The notes beneath the pieces are model-generated. The model was given only the letters and a program-made list of their open reading frames with translations, had not been told where the DNA came from and ran no database searches. The position numbers and the translations under genes are program-made. A DNA stretch of 45,207 nucleotides from a bacterium (lineage in GTDB: Bacteria > UBP14 > UBA6098 > B30-G16): positions 1-45,207 of the forward strand of contig JAGGZE010000090.1 in NCBI GenBank assembly GCA_021162205.1, given 5' to 3'. Positions 1 through 8,336 of the stretch are shown in pieces. The stretch's first letter is position 1. Each line of letters starts with the position of its first letter.

Positions 1-55
1 CTATTGTATTTTAAAAAAAGTATCTTAAATTTCATAAAAATTTGGAGGATATTTA

Positions 56-688
56 ATGGGAATATTATCGGTTAGTGCGAATCGAATGAATATGATGAAA
101 CTTCGGCGAAGACTCTTGATTGCTCGCAAGGGTCATAAATTGCTCAAGGACAAGCAGGATGAACTGATGCGCAATTTTCTCGAAATAGTCGATGAAATAA
201 AAGGATTGCGCGATAGAACCGAAAAAATTTTAATCGAGGCGCTGCAAAGATTCACTGTTGCAACAGGTTCACTTCCCCGTGAGGAAATCGAGGGAATTTT
301 CACGATACCATCCGTCAAAGCCAGTGTCGATGTTAAATCAGCCAGACTATTGAATTTGCGAGTGCCTCGTTTCGAGGTCTCATTCGAGGGCGATGGAATT
401 TCATACTCGATTGCACAAACTCCCGCAGAACTCGATGGAGCTATGGAGGATATGTCGGAATCGCTTAAACTTTTAGTCGTTCTTGCCGAGACCGAGAAGA
501 AATTAGAACTTTTGGCACGCGAAATCGATACCACACGCCGAAGAGTCAATGCTCTCGAATATGTGATGATTCCCGATTTAATCGATACTGTTCGATATAT
601 TAGAATGAAACTCGAGGAACTCGAACGTGGGAATTTAACGAGATTGATGAAGGTCAAAGACATCATCGCAGAAAAACGAGGATATTAG
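56..688 (+). CDS. ntpD: V/A-type ATP synthase subunit D
   Basis: Family motifs ARKGHKLLKDKQDEL and EIDTTRRRVNALEYVMIP; SD GGAGG upstream. Confidence 0.95.
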   Translation: MGILSVSANRMNMMKLRRRLLIARKGHKLLKDKQDELMRNFLEIVDEIKGLRDRTEKILIEALQRFTVATGSLPREEIEGIFTIPSVKASVDVKSARLLNLRVPRFEVSFEGDGISYSIAQTPAELDGAMEDMSESLKLLVVLAETEKKLELLAREIDTTRRRVNALEYVMIPDLIDTVRYIRMKLEELERGNLTRLMKVKDIIAEKRGY

Positions 689-750
689 CACCCTTAAAGT
701 GTTTTCTTTGCAAAAGTTTCCTCCCAACAAGTCGGGATTCCCTATTGTGC
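689..750 (+). repeat. Degenerate copy of dispersed structured repeat
   Basis: cac-ccttaaa-gtg, TTTTCTTT, then GCAAAAG-TTTCC-TCCCAAC-AA-GTCGGGA-TTCCCT-ATTGTGC; starts directly after the stop codon. Confidence 0.6.
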
Positions 751-833
751 CTCATAATCATAATGGGTTGTGAGAAGTTTATTGATAATAGAATTCACTT
801 GTAGTTGATAATTTTACATTTTCAGTTTAAAAA

Positions 834-2594
834 ATGAAAAAAATTATATTAACAATACTTTTACTAATTATTCTTCTTTCCGCACAGGATAAATACTGGA
901 TTTATTTCTCCGATAAAGGGCTTTACACCGCACAGGATACGGTTGCGGCAATCGAGAAAACCGAAAATATATTGACAGAGCGATGTCTCACTCGAAGGGC
1001 AAAAGTTCTCTCGATAGACAGAATCGTCGATTGGCAGGATATTCCTGTATGTGTGGATTATATCGAACAGGTGAAATTTACCGGTGCGAAAATCGTTCAT
1101 ATAAGCCGATGGTTAAATGCCGTATCGGTTTATGCGAACCCCGATATTCTCTCTAAAATCGCCGATTTTCCATTCATTCAAAAAATAGATATTGTGCAAA
1201 AATTTCATCGAAAATTTATGACCGAGGACACTACCGATTATTCGGGCGAGGCGATTTATGGAATGACAAAGAATCAACTCGCTTTTATGAATATTCCTCC
1301 GTTGCACCAAATGGGTGTTTTCGGCGATGGCGTCCTATTATGTATCACCGACACAGGTTTTAATCTCGACCATATTGCGTTCACACATTGCAATGTCGAA
1401 GCGACTTACGATTTCGTCTCGGGCGATTCCATTGTCGATGTTCAGGAAGGCGATAACGATGGAATTGTTTCTCACGGGACAAAATGCTGGTCTGAAATCG
1501 GCGGACGAGTCGATTCATTATACTGGGGTGCCGCTCCGAATACATCGTTTTTGCTCGCTCGCACCGAGGATATCGATACCGAATGGATTATCGAGGAGGA
1601 CAACTGGGCGGCAGCAGCAGAATGGGCGGATTCGCTCGGTGCAGATATTATGTCGGTCTCGCTGGGATATTACGATTGGTATACTTCCGATGACATGGAT
1701 GGCGATACCCCCGTGATAACCGCTGCTGCGGATAGAGCGGTTTATCTCGGTATCGCTGTTTTCACAGCAGCGGGGAATAGTGGCGGTGGTGGATATCGCA
1801 CACTCGTTACTCCCGGTGATGGCGATAGCGTGATTACAGTCGGTGCTTGCGATGGCAATGGCAATCTTGCGGGATTTTCCTCGCGGGGACCTACCGCCGA
1901 TGGCAGAATTAAACCCGATATTTTGGCTCACGGTGTCGGAACGATTTGCGCGAATGGAATGGATGACTCGACATTTTCGTCAGCATCTGGGACATCTATG
2001 GCGACACCTATGGCTGCTGGAATCGGTGCATTGCTTCTTTCGTTGCGAACATCGCTTACGCCTATGGATTTACTCGATATTCTTCGTAAAACTGCCGACA
2101 ATTTCATTTCACCCGATTCGGCTTATGGATGGGGCATTATCGATGCTCGCGCCGCTGCAGCATATCCATTTCGCGATTCATCGTTCATATATTTCGAGCG
2201 GGGGTGGAATATCATCGCTTTGCCGGTAGATACTGTCCTGCTTGCCGATATTTTGCCGACAATTCCTTATGTATATTCGTTCGATGGCTCGACATTTGTA
2301 TCGGTCGATACATTGCAACCGGGAATAGGATATTTCGCATTTTTCACAGTCGATACATTTGCGATTTTAACTGGCAGACCGATTATCGATTTGAATATTG
2401 TGCTTCACCGCGGATGGAATCTTATCGGGGGGCTTTCGAGAACAACATTCACAACCGAATTGGAAACTTTGCCACTCACGGATAAATTTTTTATCACCGA
2501 AAACGAGGGTTACAATTTATCTTGCGGACTCATCCCCAGTCGTGGCGGATGGTTCTATGCAACATACGACCATACCGCTCATCTTGTAGAGTGA
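834..2594 (+). CDS. Secreted S8 (subtilisin-like) serine peptidase with C-terminal GWN-repeat domain
   Basis: Signal peptide; catalytic motifs ITDTG, SHGT, AAGN, GTSMATP, plus GRIKPD; tail has RGWNIIALP and RGWNLIGG. Confidence 0.9.
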   Translation: MKKIILTILLLIILLSAQDKYWIYFSDKGLYTAQDTVAAIEKTENILTERCLTRRAKVLSIDRIVDWQDIPVCVDYIEQVKFTGAKIVHISRWLNAVSVYANPDILSKIADFPFIQKIDIVQKFHRKFMTEDTTDYSGEAIYGMTKNQLAFMNIPPLHQMGVFGDGVLLCITDTGFNLDHIAFTHCNVEATYDFVSGDSIVDVQEGDNDGIVSHGTKCWSEIGGRVDSLYWGAAPNTSFLLARTEDIDTEWIIEEDNWAAAAEWADSLGADIMSVSLGYYDWYTSDDMDGDTPVITAAADRAVYLGIAVFTAAGNSGGGGYRTLVTPGDGDSVITVGACDGNGNLAGFSSRGPTADGRIKPDILAHGVGTICANGMDDSTFSSASGTSMATPMAAGIGALLLSLRTSLTPMDLLDILRKTADNFISPDSAYGWGIIDARAAAAYPFRDSSFIYFERGWNIIALPVDTVLLADILPTIPYVYSFDGSTFVSVDTLQPGIGYFAFFTVDTFAILTGRPIIDLNIVLHRGWNLIGGLSRTTFTTELETLPLTDKFFITENEGYNLSCGLIPSRGGWFYATYDHTAHLVE

Positions 2595-2747
2595 ACAATC
2601 TCATCTAATATCCTATGGTGGATACTAAGGATATTCCATTAGAAAACCCACAATTTAGTCGAAATGAAAACTAAAAAAAATAACTATTTCTTGCATACTT
2701 TTTAATCTGCGATATATTTTTCGGTTCAAATGAAATGAGGTATTTAA

Positions 2748-4049
2748 ATGAAATTGAAACATTATATCGTATTACTTTTTGTGATGTTTGCTGCGGCATC
2801 CTGCGCAAAAACACCGACAATAACTATTTCACCCGAATCGATAAATCTGGGAACACTTTTGCCAGGTGAATCTGTCGAGGATACATTCTGGGTGAAAAAT
2901 ATCGGTAAAGGTGTGCTTTCAGCATCGGCAAGGTCCGGTTGTGATTGTATCGAACTGGAAAATGAATTGCCCGAATCGATTGCACCGGGGGACAGTTCAA
3001 AGCTTGTTTTCATCTATTATGCACCCGATTCGGCGACTATCGACAATAAGAGTGTTTTTGTTTCATCTAATGATAAAGAAAGCAAAATAAAAAAATTGAT
3101 TGTTAAAGCTACGGTTCGTGCAAGAAAATTAGCCAAGGGCGATTCTACGATTACATTCATTCCATTTGCATCGCAAGGAACGCAATTGACAAATGTTTCG
3201 GATAATATTATGCGAACATTTTTCAGCGATGTTAAGAAAAAACTGCACTTTACACCTGTAAATCCATCGAAAATCATTCAAAATATTATAACCGACCACA
3301 ATTACGGGAAAAAGCCGATAGCGGAAGTCATTCGCAAATGGGCATTGATGGATAGTGTTCGCTGGATTGTCGCTTGTCAGCTTTCGCTCGAAAAGGATTC
3401 GTCTGTTGTCGGCAAATGCTCGGTTGTCGATGGTTTCTCCGAGTTTCCGATGATATTTTCATTTCGAGCTAGAATTTCCCAAGCGGGTAAGGTATTTATC
3501 GACAGCTTGGTAACTTTTTTCGGCGACATAGGTAATCGGTATCGTTCTTCTATGATGAAAGGTATGCAGAGGAAATGGGCGAGTCAACGGAAAAGTGCAA
3601 TGAATAGACCGCTGCCGAAAATGGAATTCGTCGATGTCCGCACAGGAGATACACTCACCGAAAAATCTGCTGAGGGAAAAATATTACTGATGCACTTTTT
3701 TGGAATAAACTGTGAACACTGCGAAGAAGAAAGTCGATGGCTAACCGAATTGGAAAAAACTCATCCCGATAATTTGGTCATCTGGGGAGTTTCTATCGAT
3801 ATGGGAATGCCCGACAGCGTGGAAATATTCGCCCGACAGCATAAATTGCCATATCCAGTCGTTCTTCCAACCGTGGAATCTCATCGTCGATTGACGAGAA
3901 TTTATGGTGGAGCGACTCCGCAAACGATAGTCGCAGACAAGGATGGTGTTGTCAGGGAATTTTTCGTGGGATTCAATAAAGTGTTTGTCCAGCGGCTCGA
4001 ATCGCTCCTGAATTCGCTTACTAACAAACCGACCGAGCAGAAAAAATAG
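2748..4049 (+). CDS. Lipoprotein with N-terminal DUF1573-like Ig domain and C-terminal TlpA/redoxin domain
   Basis: Lipobox AASC; FWVKNIG...SGCDC Ig-type motif; C-terminal thioredoxin fold with CEHC and cis-Pro-type GATPQT. Confidence 0.75.
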   Translation: MKLKHYIVLLFVMFAAASCAKTPTITISPESINLGTLLPGESVEDTFWVKNIGKGVLSASARSGCDCIELENELPESIAPGDSSKLVFIYYAPDSATIDNKSVFVSSNDKESKIKKLIVKATVRARKLAKGDSTITFIPFASQGTQLTNVSDNIMRTFFSDVKKKLHFTPVNPSKIIQNIITDHNYGKKPIAEVIRKWALMDSVRWIVACQLSLEKDSSVVGKCSVVDGFSEFPMIFSFRARISQAGKVFIDSLVTFFGDIGNRYRSSMMKGMQRKWASQRKSAMNRPLPKMEFVDVRTGDTLTEKSAEGKILLMHFFGINCEHCEEESRWLTELEKTHPDNLVIWGVSIDMGMPDSVEIFARQHKLPYPVVLPTVESHRRLTRIYGGATPQTIVADKDGVVREFFVGFNKVFVQRLESLLNSLTNKPTEQKK

Positions 4050-4053
4050 CACT

Positions 4054-5613
4054 ATGAAATGGCGTTCCATAGATACAGGATTGCTATCCGCTGCGGAAAA
4101 TATGGCTTGGGACCAGGCTTTGCTCATAGCTCAAAGCGAATCGGATAATCCTTTGCCACTCTTGCGATTTCTACAATTTTCACCATCCTGCGTTCTTGTT
4201 GGAAGGCATCAATCGCCATCGCAGGAAATTCGCATCGATTATGTTCGCAAGCAGCTATGGGATATAAACCGCAGAATTACCGGCGGTGGCACGATTTTTT
4301 TCGACCCATCGCAAATCGGCTGGGAAATCTATTCAACACGAAAACAGAATTGGGCAAAATGCTCACAGCCGCAACTGTATCGTAAAATTTCAGATGGTGC
4401 GATTGCTGGATTGAAAAAACTCGATATCGATGCGAAATTTCGTCCGAGAAACGATATCGAGGTCGATGGCAGAAAAATTTCAGGGACAGGCGGTTCATCC
4501 GAGGGCGATGCCTTTATGTTTCAGGGAACGCTTCTCGTGGAAAACCTCGCCGAGAAAATGCTTCGAGCATTACGAGTTCCCGCTGAAAAACTCGGCAGGC
4601 ACGGTCTAAAATCGATTAAGGAACGAGTAGTATTTTTGGATGAACTTCTCTCGCCAGTTCCATCGACAGATGAAATCAAATCGGCAATCGTTAGCGGTTT
4701 CGCTGAGATATTCGATGTCGAAATAGTCAGAGATGAACCGACATCACGGGAGCGTGAATTGTTCGATAAATATCTCGAATATATGTATTCAGACGATTGG
4801 ATTTACAAAATCGACAATCCATCGAATATGAAAGGGACACTCGTCGAGGTTTCGCGGCGGAAAGGGACCGTTCGAGCCGCTGCACAAATCGATGTCGGAA
4901 AACGAAGAATTTCGGCGGTTCAATTTTGGGGCGATTTTTTCATTGAGCCAGCACGAACTCTCAACGACCTCGAAGCATTACTGAAACACCGCAGGGCAAA
5001 AGTAGAATCGATAATTCCTGTGGTCGAGGAATTTTTTAAGAAATCCAAACCTCATTTTATCGGTGTAAATCCGGCAAATTTTGTCGAGGCAATCGCGAGA
5101 GCCGTATCGAAATTTGCACTAATCAAACAGGGATTCACATTCGACGAGGCAAACCGTCTTTATTTCGTGAATTTAGACCCATCGAATTGGCACAAATTTC
5201 CATTTACTCATTTTCTATTCCCTTATTGCTCGAAACTTGTCGGCTGTAAATTTAGACACACTGCAAATTGCCCGATTTGCGGACAATGCACAGTCGGCGA
5301 TGGCTATGAAATCGTTCGCAATGTCGGTCTCGAACCTTATACGATAACATCGTTCGAGCATTTGATGAAAACTCAAAGAAGATTGCGCAATGAAAATTCG
5401 CCGGGATATATCGGTTCGTGCTGCGAGGAATTTTTCGTCAAACATATGTCGAGTTTCAAAAATTCAGGATTGGGTATTGTTCTTGTGCGAATCGATTCCA
5501 CAACCTGCTATGATTTATCGCAGGAGCGAGCGGCATATCGGGGTGAGTTCGAGAGCCAGACCGAATTAGATTTGAATCTAATCGAAAAAGTAATTGGGAA
5601 ATGGGAAGAATAA
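4054..5613 (+). CDS. lplA: Lipoate-protein ligase (LplA catalytic and accessory domains) fused to a Cys-rich DUF116-like domain
   Basis: NMAWDQALL, RRITGGGTIF, NDIEVDGRKISGTG, WGDFF; C-terminal LFPYCSKLVGC, CPICGQC and GSCC. Confidence 0.85.
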   Translation: MKWRSIDTGLLSAAENMAWDQALLIAQSESDNPLPLLRFLQFSPSCVLVGRHQSPSQEIRIDYVRKQLWDINRRITGGGTIFFDPSQIGWEIYSTRKQNWAKCSQPQLYRKISDGAIAGLKKLDIDAKFRPRNDIEVDGRKISGTGGSSEGDAFMFQGTLLVENLAEKMLRALRVPAEKLGRHGLKSIKERVVFLDELLSPVPSTDEIKSAIVSGFAEIFDVEIVRDEPTSRERELFDKYLEYMYSDDWIYKIDNPSNMKGTLVEVSRRKGTVRAAAQIDVGKRRISAVQFWGDFFIEPARTLNDLEALLKHRRAKVESIIPVVEEFFKKSKPHFIGVNPANFVEAIARAVSKFALIKQGFTFDEANRLYFVNLDPSNWHKFPFTHFLFPYCSKLVGCKFRHTANCPICGQCTVGDGYEIVRNVGLEPYTITSFEHLMKTQRRLRNENSPGYIGSCCEEFFVKHMSSFKNSGLGIVLVRIDSTTCYDLSQERAAYRGEFESQTELDLNLIEKVIGKWEE

Positions 5614-5626
5614 AAATTATTCTCAC

Positions 5627-5654
5627 TTGACTTTTCCCGATTTTACAGTATAAT
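5627..5654 (+). promoter_or_regulatory. Sigma70-type promoter
   Basis: TTGACT-N16-TATAAT, ending 44 nt before the ATG at 5699. Confidence 0.7.
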
Positions 5655-5698
5655 ATAAATTTGAAAATTAACTTTAATTATCTAATAATAATTGAGAT

Positions 5699-6373
5699 AT
5701 GTTTTTCTGGGACCCAACATTTATTTTGCTTATTCCTGCGATTGCTTTTGCACTGTGGGCGCAGTCACAGATTAAAAAATCCTATGCCGGCTGGTCGGAT
5801 ATCGATACGGATAGGAAAATCACAGGTGCCGATGCTGCCAAAATAATACTTTCTGCCAATGGTCTCGATGTGAAAATCGAAAAGATATCGGGCAAACTTA
5901 CCGATAATTACGACCCGCGAAGCAAAATATTGCATCTATCCGAGGGAGTTTACGATAGCCAATCGGTTGCTGCGGTTGGAATTGCGGCTCACGAATGCGG
6001 ACACGCGATTCAACATGCAAACAAATATGCACCGTTGAAAATTCGCAATTCGATTGTGCCTGTCGTATCGATTAGCTCTAATCTTGCATTCCCCATTTTC
6101 TTCATCGGCATAATATTTTCGATACCGATTATTTTGAAAATCGGGATTTGGCTTTTTGCCGGTGTTGTAGTTTTTCAACTAATCACATTGCCAGTCGAAT
6201 TCGATGCATCGCATCGTGCGCTCAAAACATTAGATAGAATGGCTATACTCTCGCCAGAGGAACTTACAGGCGCGAAAGAAGTCCTAACTGCGGCAGCATT
6301 AACCTATGTCGCTGCGGCGCTTATGGCAATAGTTAATTTACTCCGAATGCTTTTGCTCTCACGAAGAAGATAA
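5699..6373 (+). CDS. Membrane zinc metallopeptidase (YugP/Zn_peptidase_2 family)
   Basis: LTDNYDP, AAHECGHAIQH (HExxH), TLPVEFDAS, AAALTYVAA. Confidence 0.92.
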   Translation: MFFWDPTFILLIPAIAFALWAQSQIKKSYAGWSDIDTDRKITGADAAKIILSANGLDVKIEKISGKLTDNYDPRSKILHLSEGVYDSQSVAAVGIAAHECGHAIQHANKYAPLKIRNSIVPVVSISSNLAFPIFFIGIIFSIPIILKIGIWLFAGVVVFQLITLPVEFDASHRALKTLDRMAILSPEELTGAKEVLTAAALTYVAAALMAIVNLLRMLLLSRRR

Positions 6374-6775
6374 TTACGCAACAGGTGCGTTCTCACTCTC
6401 AGCAAACCATTGTTTGCCCTCGTCGCTGAATAAATCGATAAGAATAATAATTCCGAGAACAGTCCCAATCGGGATACTAAAAAGCATTAGAATTGCGAGA
6501 ATAATACCGACAATATTAGCCCAATTTTTCCTATTAGCGATTCCTTTGGCAACCACAAAATATAATATACCGTAAATCACACTGAAAATTATTATTATAA
6601 TCCCAATAATAATGGTTGCTATAGTATGCTCACTTCCACTCGATGAGGATTTTGGAAATATACCGAGTACGAAAACAATAATTCCACCTAAAATTCCAAA
6701 TATGAGATATAACCAGCCAAGCACTTGAAAAATAATCTTACTGGTTTTGATTTTACTCGGTAGTATCTCGTTCAT
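6374..6775 (-). CDS. Small integral membrane protein
   Basis: 3-4 hydrophobic helices with a PIGTVLGI motif; GGAG SD before the ATG at 6775. Confidence 0.7.
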   Translation of the reverse strand: MNEILPSKIKTSKIIFQVLGWLYLIFGILGGIIVFVLGIFPKSSSSGSEHTIATIIIGIIIIIFSVIYGILYFVVAKGIANRKNWANIVGIILAILMLFSIPIGTVLGIIILIDLFSDEGKQWFAESENAPVA

Positions 6776-6877
6776 AATTTCTCCTTGTTGGTATTTGTTA
6801 TTCAAATTTAACATATATTAGATTATCGTCAATATATTTTTCAGCACAGTCGATATAAATACAAAAGAAAATGGTAG

Positions 6878-7285
6878 TTATTCACCGAATTTATCGAGAA
6901 TATCGAGAATTTTTTCGAGGTCGTTCTCCGTCAGGTCGGATGCACGAAGAAATATTTTGTTAAGCATCTCTTTTTGGTGTGGTTCGACTCGTTTAACCTC
7001 GGCTCGTTCTGTAATTACGATGAAATAATCCTTAATATCTTCATCGAGCAGTTCATCGGAAGTAATAGCTTCCTCGAGCGAAAGTCTTCTTGTAAATAAT
7101 TCACATAAATGAGCCATTTTTTTCTGCGATGGTATCTGCCCACTTTCCCAGAACACAACTGTCTTACGAGAAACACCGAGCATATCGGCTATTTCCTGCT
7201 GAGAAAATGGTGTGCCTCGTGAAGCAATTCCAGCCGCTTTCCTGAGAAAGCGGATATTTCCCCCAAATAATTTACTTATAGTCAT
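6878..7285 (-). CDS. XRE-family helix-turn-helix transcriptional regulator
   Basis: SQQEIADMLGVSRKTVVFWESGQIP, a typical HTH_3 pattern. Confidence 0.85.
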   Translation of the reverse strand: MTISKLFGGNIRFLRKAAGIASRGTPFSQQEIADMLGVSRKTVVFWESGQIPSQKKMAHLCELFTRRLSLEEAITSDELLDEDIKDYFIVITERAEVKRVEPHQKEMLNKIFLRASDLTENDLEKILDILDKFGE

Positions 7286-7295
7286 AATAATAGTT

Positions 7296-7371
7296 GTAAC
7301 ATATTATTACATTTTAATCTTGACTTAATAATGTTGAAAATTATTATATCCACGAGGTAACATTGTGTTAC
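7296..7371. promoter_or_regulatory. Two palindromic operator-like sites upstream of the XRE gene
   Basis: GTAACA-TAT-TATTAC (7296-7310) and perfect GTAACA-TTG-TGTTAC (7357-7371), flanking a + strand TTGACT-N16-TATTAT (7320-7347). Confidence 0.55.
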
Positions 7372-7387
7372 ATTACGCTCTTTGATA

Positions 7388-7717
7388 TTATTTATTAAAA
7401 TCATCGATAAAACCTATTTGGTGTTCCGTTTCTTCCTTTGTGGTCGGCAATTCGGGAAAATATGCAATCGACGAAATAAATTCATATCGAATTAGAAGAT
7501 AAGCTTTCTGGTTTGAAAATCGGGTTGTTTTCGGGTCGGGATAAGGATAATCTGTGTGTTCAATCCAGATACCGAGTTCATCGGTTTCTATCACTTGTGC
7601 GGCAAGTGTAATCGTTTCATTCTCCAATATCTCGACTTTGGGACGCAACTGTCTATCCTGAAATTTTGGATTGTTAATCGTTATAATCACTCTCGCACCG
7701 ACTAAATTTTCCAGCAT
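7388..7717 (-). CDS. Hypothetical protein, possibly Sm/LSm-like beta fold
   Basis: GAGGAG SD; beta-strand pattern LVGARVIITI, VIETDELGIWIE, LLIRYEFISSI. Confidence 0.65.
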   Translation of the reverse strand: MLENLVGARVIITINNPKFQDRQLRPKVEILENETITLAAQVIETDELGIWIEHTDYPYPDPKTTRFSNQKAYLLIRYEFISSIAYFPELPTTKEETEHQIGFIDDFNK

Positions 7718-7826
7718 AAGTCCTCCTCAAAGTTCAAAATTTGAATTTCAAAATCAGAAAATACACAAAAATCGTCTATGTAAAAAAATAGAAAAAAACA
7801 AAATGTCAAACAAAAGGAGTAATTAA

Positions 7827-8174
7827 ATGTCAAAAAAGAAAAAAGTGCGTCCGGTAAGTGTGATGGAGGTTCAAAAACTTCCCCCCGAAAAAGTCGAGGA
7901 ATTGTTCGAGGATTTAAACGATGGGAAAATTGCCCTAATCTCGATTTACCCCGACCGATGGGCGCAAATCGGACTTCACTCACCGACCTTGAAAAGATTT
8001 ATCGCCCGAAAACAAGGTCTACAAATAAGTTCAATTGCAAAAATGATGAAAATTTTATCAAAGGAGTGGCTCGATGAAGACGCGAAAAGAATATCTCAAC
8101 AGACGAAATCGAAAAATTCGAAAACTTTACAAACAACTTCGAAAACAGGGATTTGTGGCAAAAAAATGCTTTGA
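7827..8174 (+). CDS. Hypothetical basic protein
   Basis: AAGGAG SD 7 nt before the ATG; 115 aa, Lys-rich; no family recognised. Confidence 0.6.
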   Translation: MSKKKKVRPVSVMEVQKLPPEKVEELFEDLNDGKIALISIYPDRWAQIGLHSPTLKRFIARKQGLQISSIAKMMKILSKEWLDEDAKRISQQTKSKNSKTLQTTSKTGICGKKML

Positions 8175-8237
8175 GGAAATCGCCAAACTTACCGATGGCG
8201 AACTTTCTCCAGAATCTATCAAAAGAATCGTCTATAC

Positions 8238-8304
8238 ACACCTTTAAGGTGTTCTCTTTGTGCGACTTCCCTTCCGATAAAATCGGAATCCCTTGTCGCA
8301 CCTG
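8238..8304 (+). repeat. Dispersed structured repeat copy
   Basis: ACACCT-TTA-AGGTGT, TCTCTTT, then GTGCGAC-TTCCC-TTCCGAT-AAA-ATCGGAA-TCCCTT-GTCGCAC. Confidence 0.85.
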
Positions 8305-8336
8305 CATATATAATGGGAATAGAATGCTTTTAGATT

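Noticed and set aside
133-666. Long antisense ORFs (for example 133-666, 9219-9776, 25574-26080)
   Set aside because: They are shadows of well-supported genes on the opposite strand and have no motifs.
8238-8304. Dispersed element as a cobalamin or c-di-GMP riboswitch (AGGGAA on the minus strand)
   Set aside because: It lacks the remaining conserved junctions and is not consistently located in 5' leaders.
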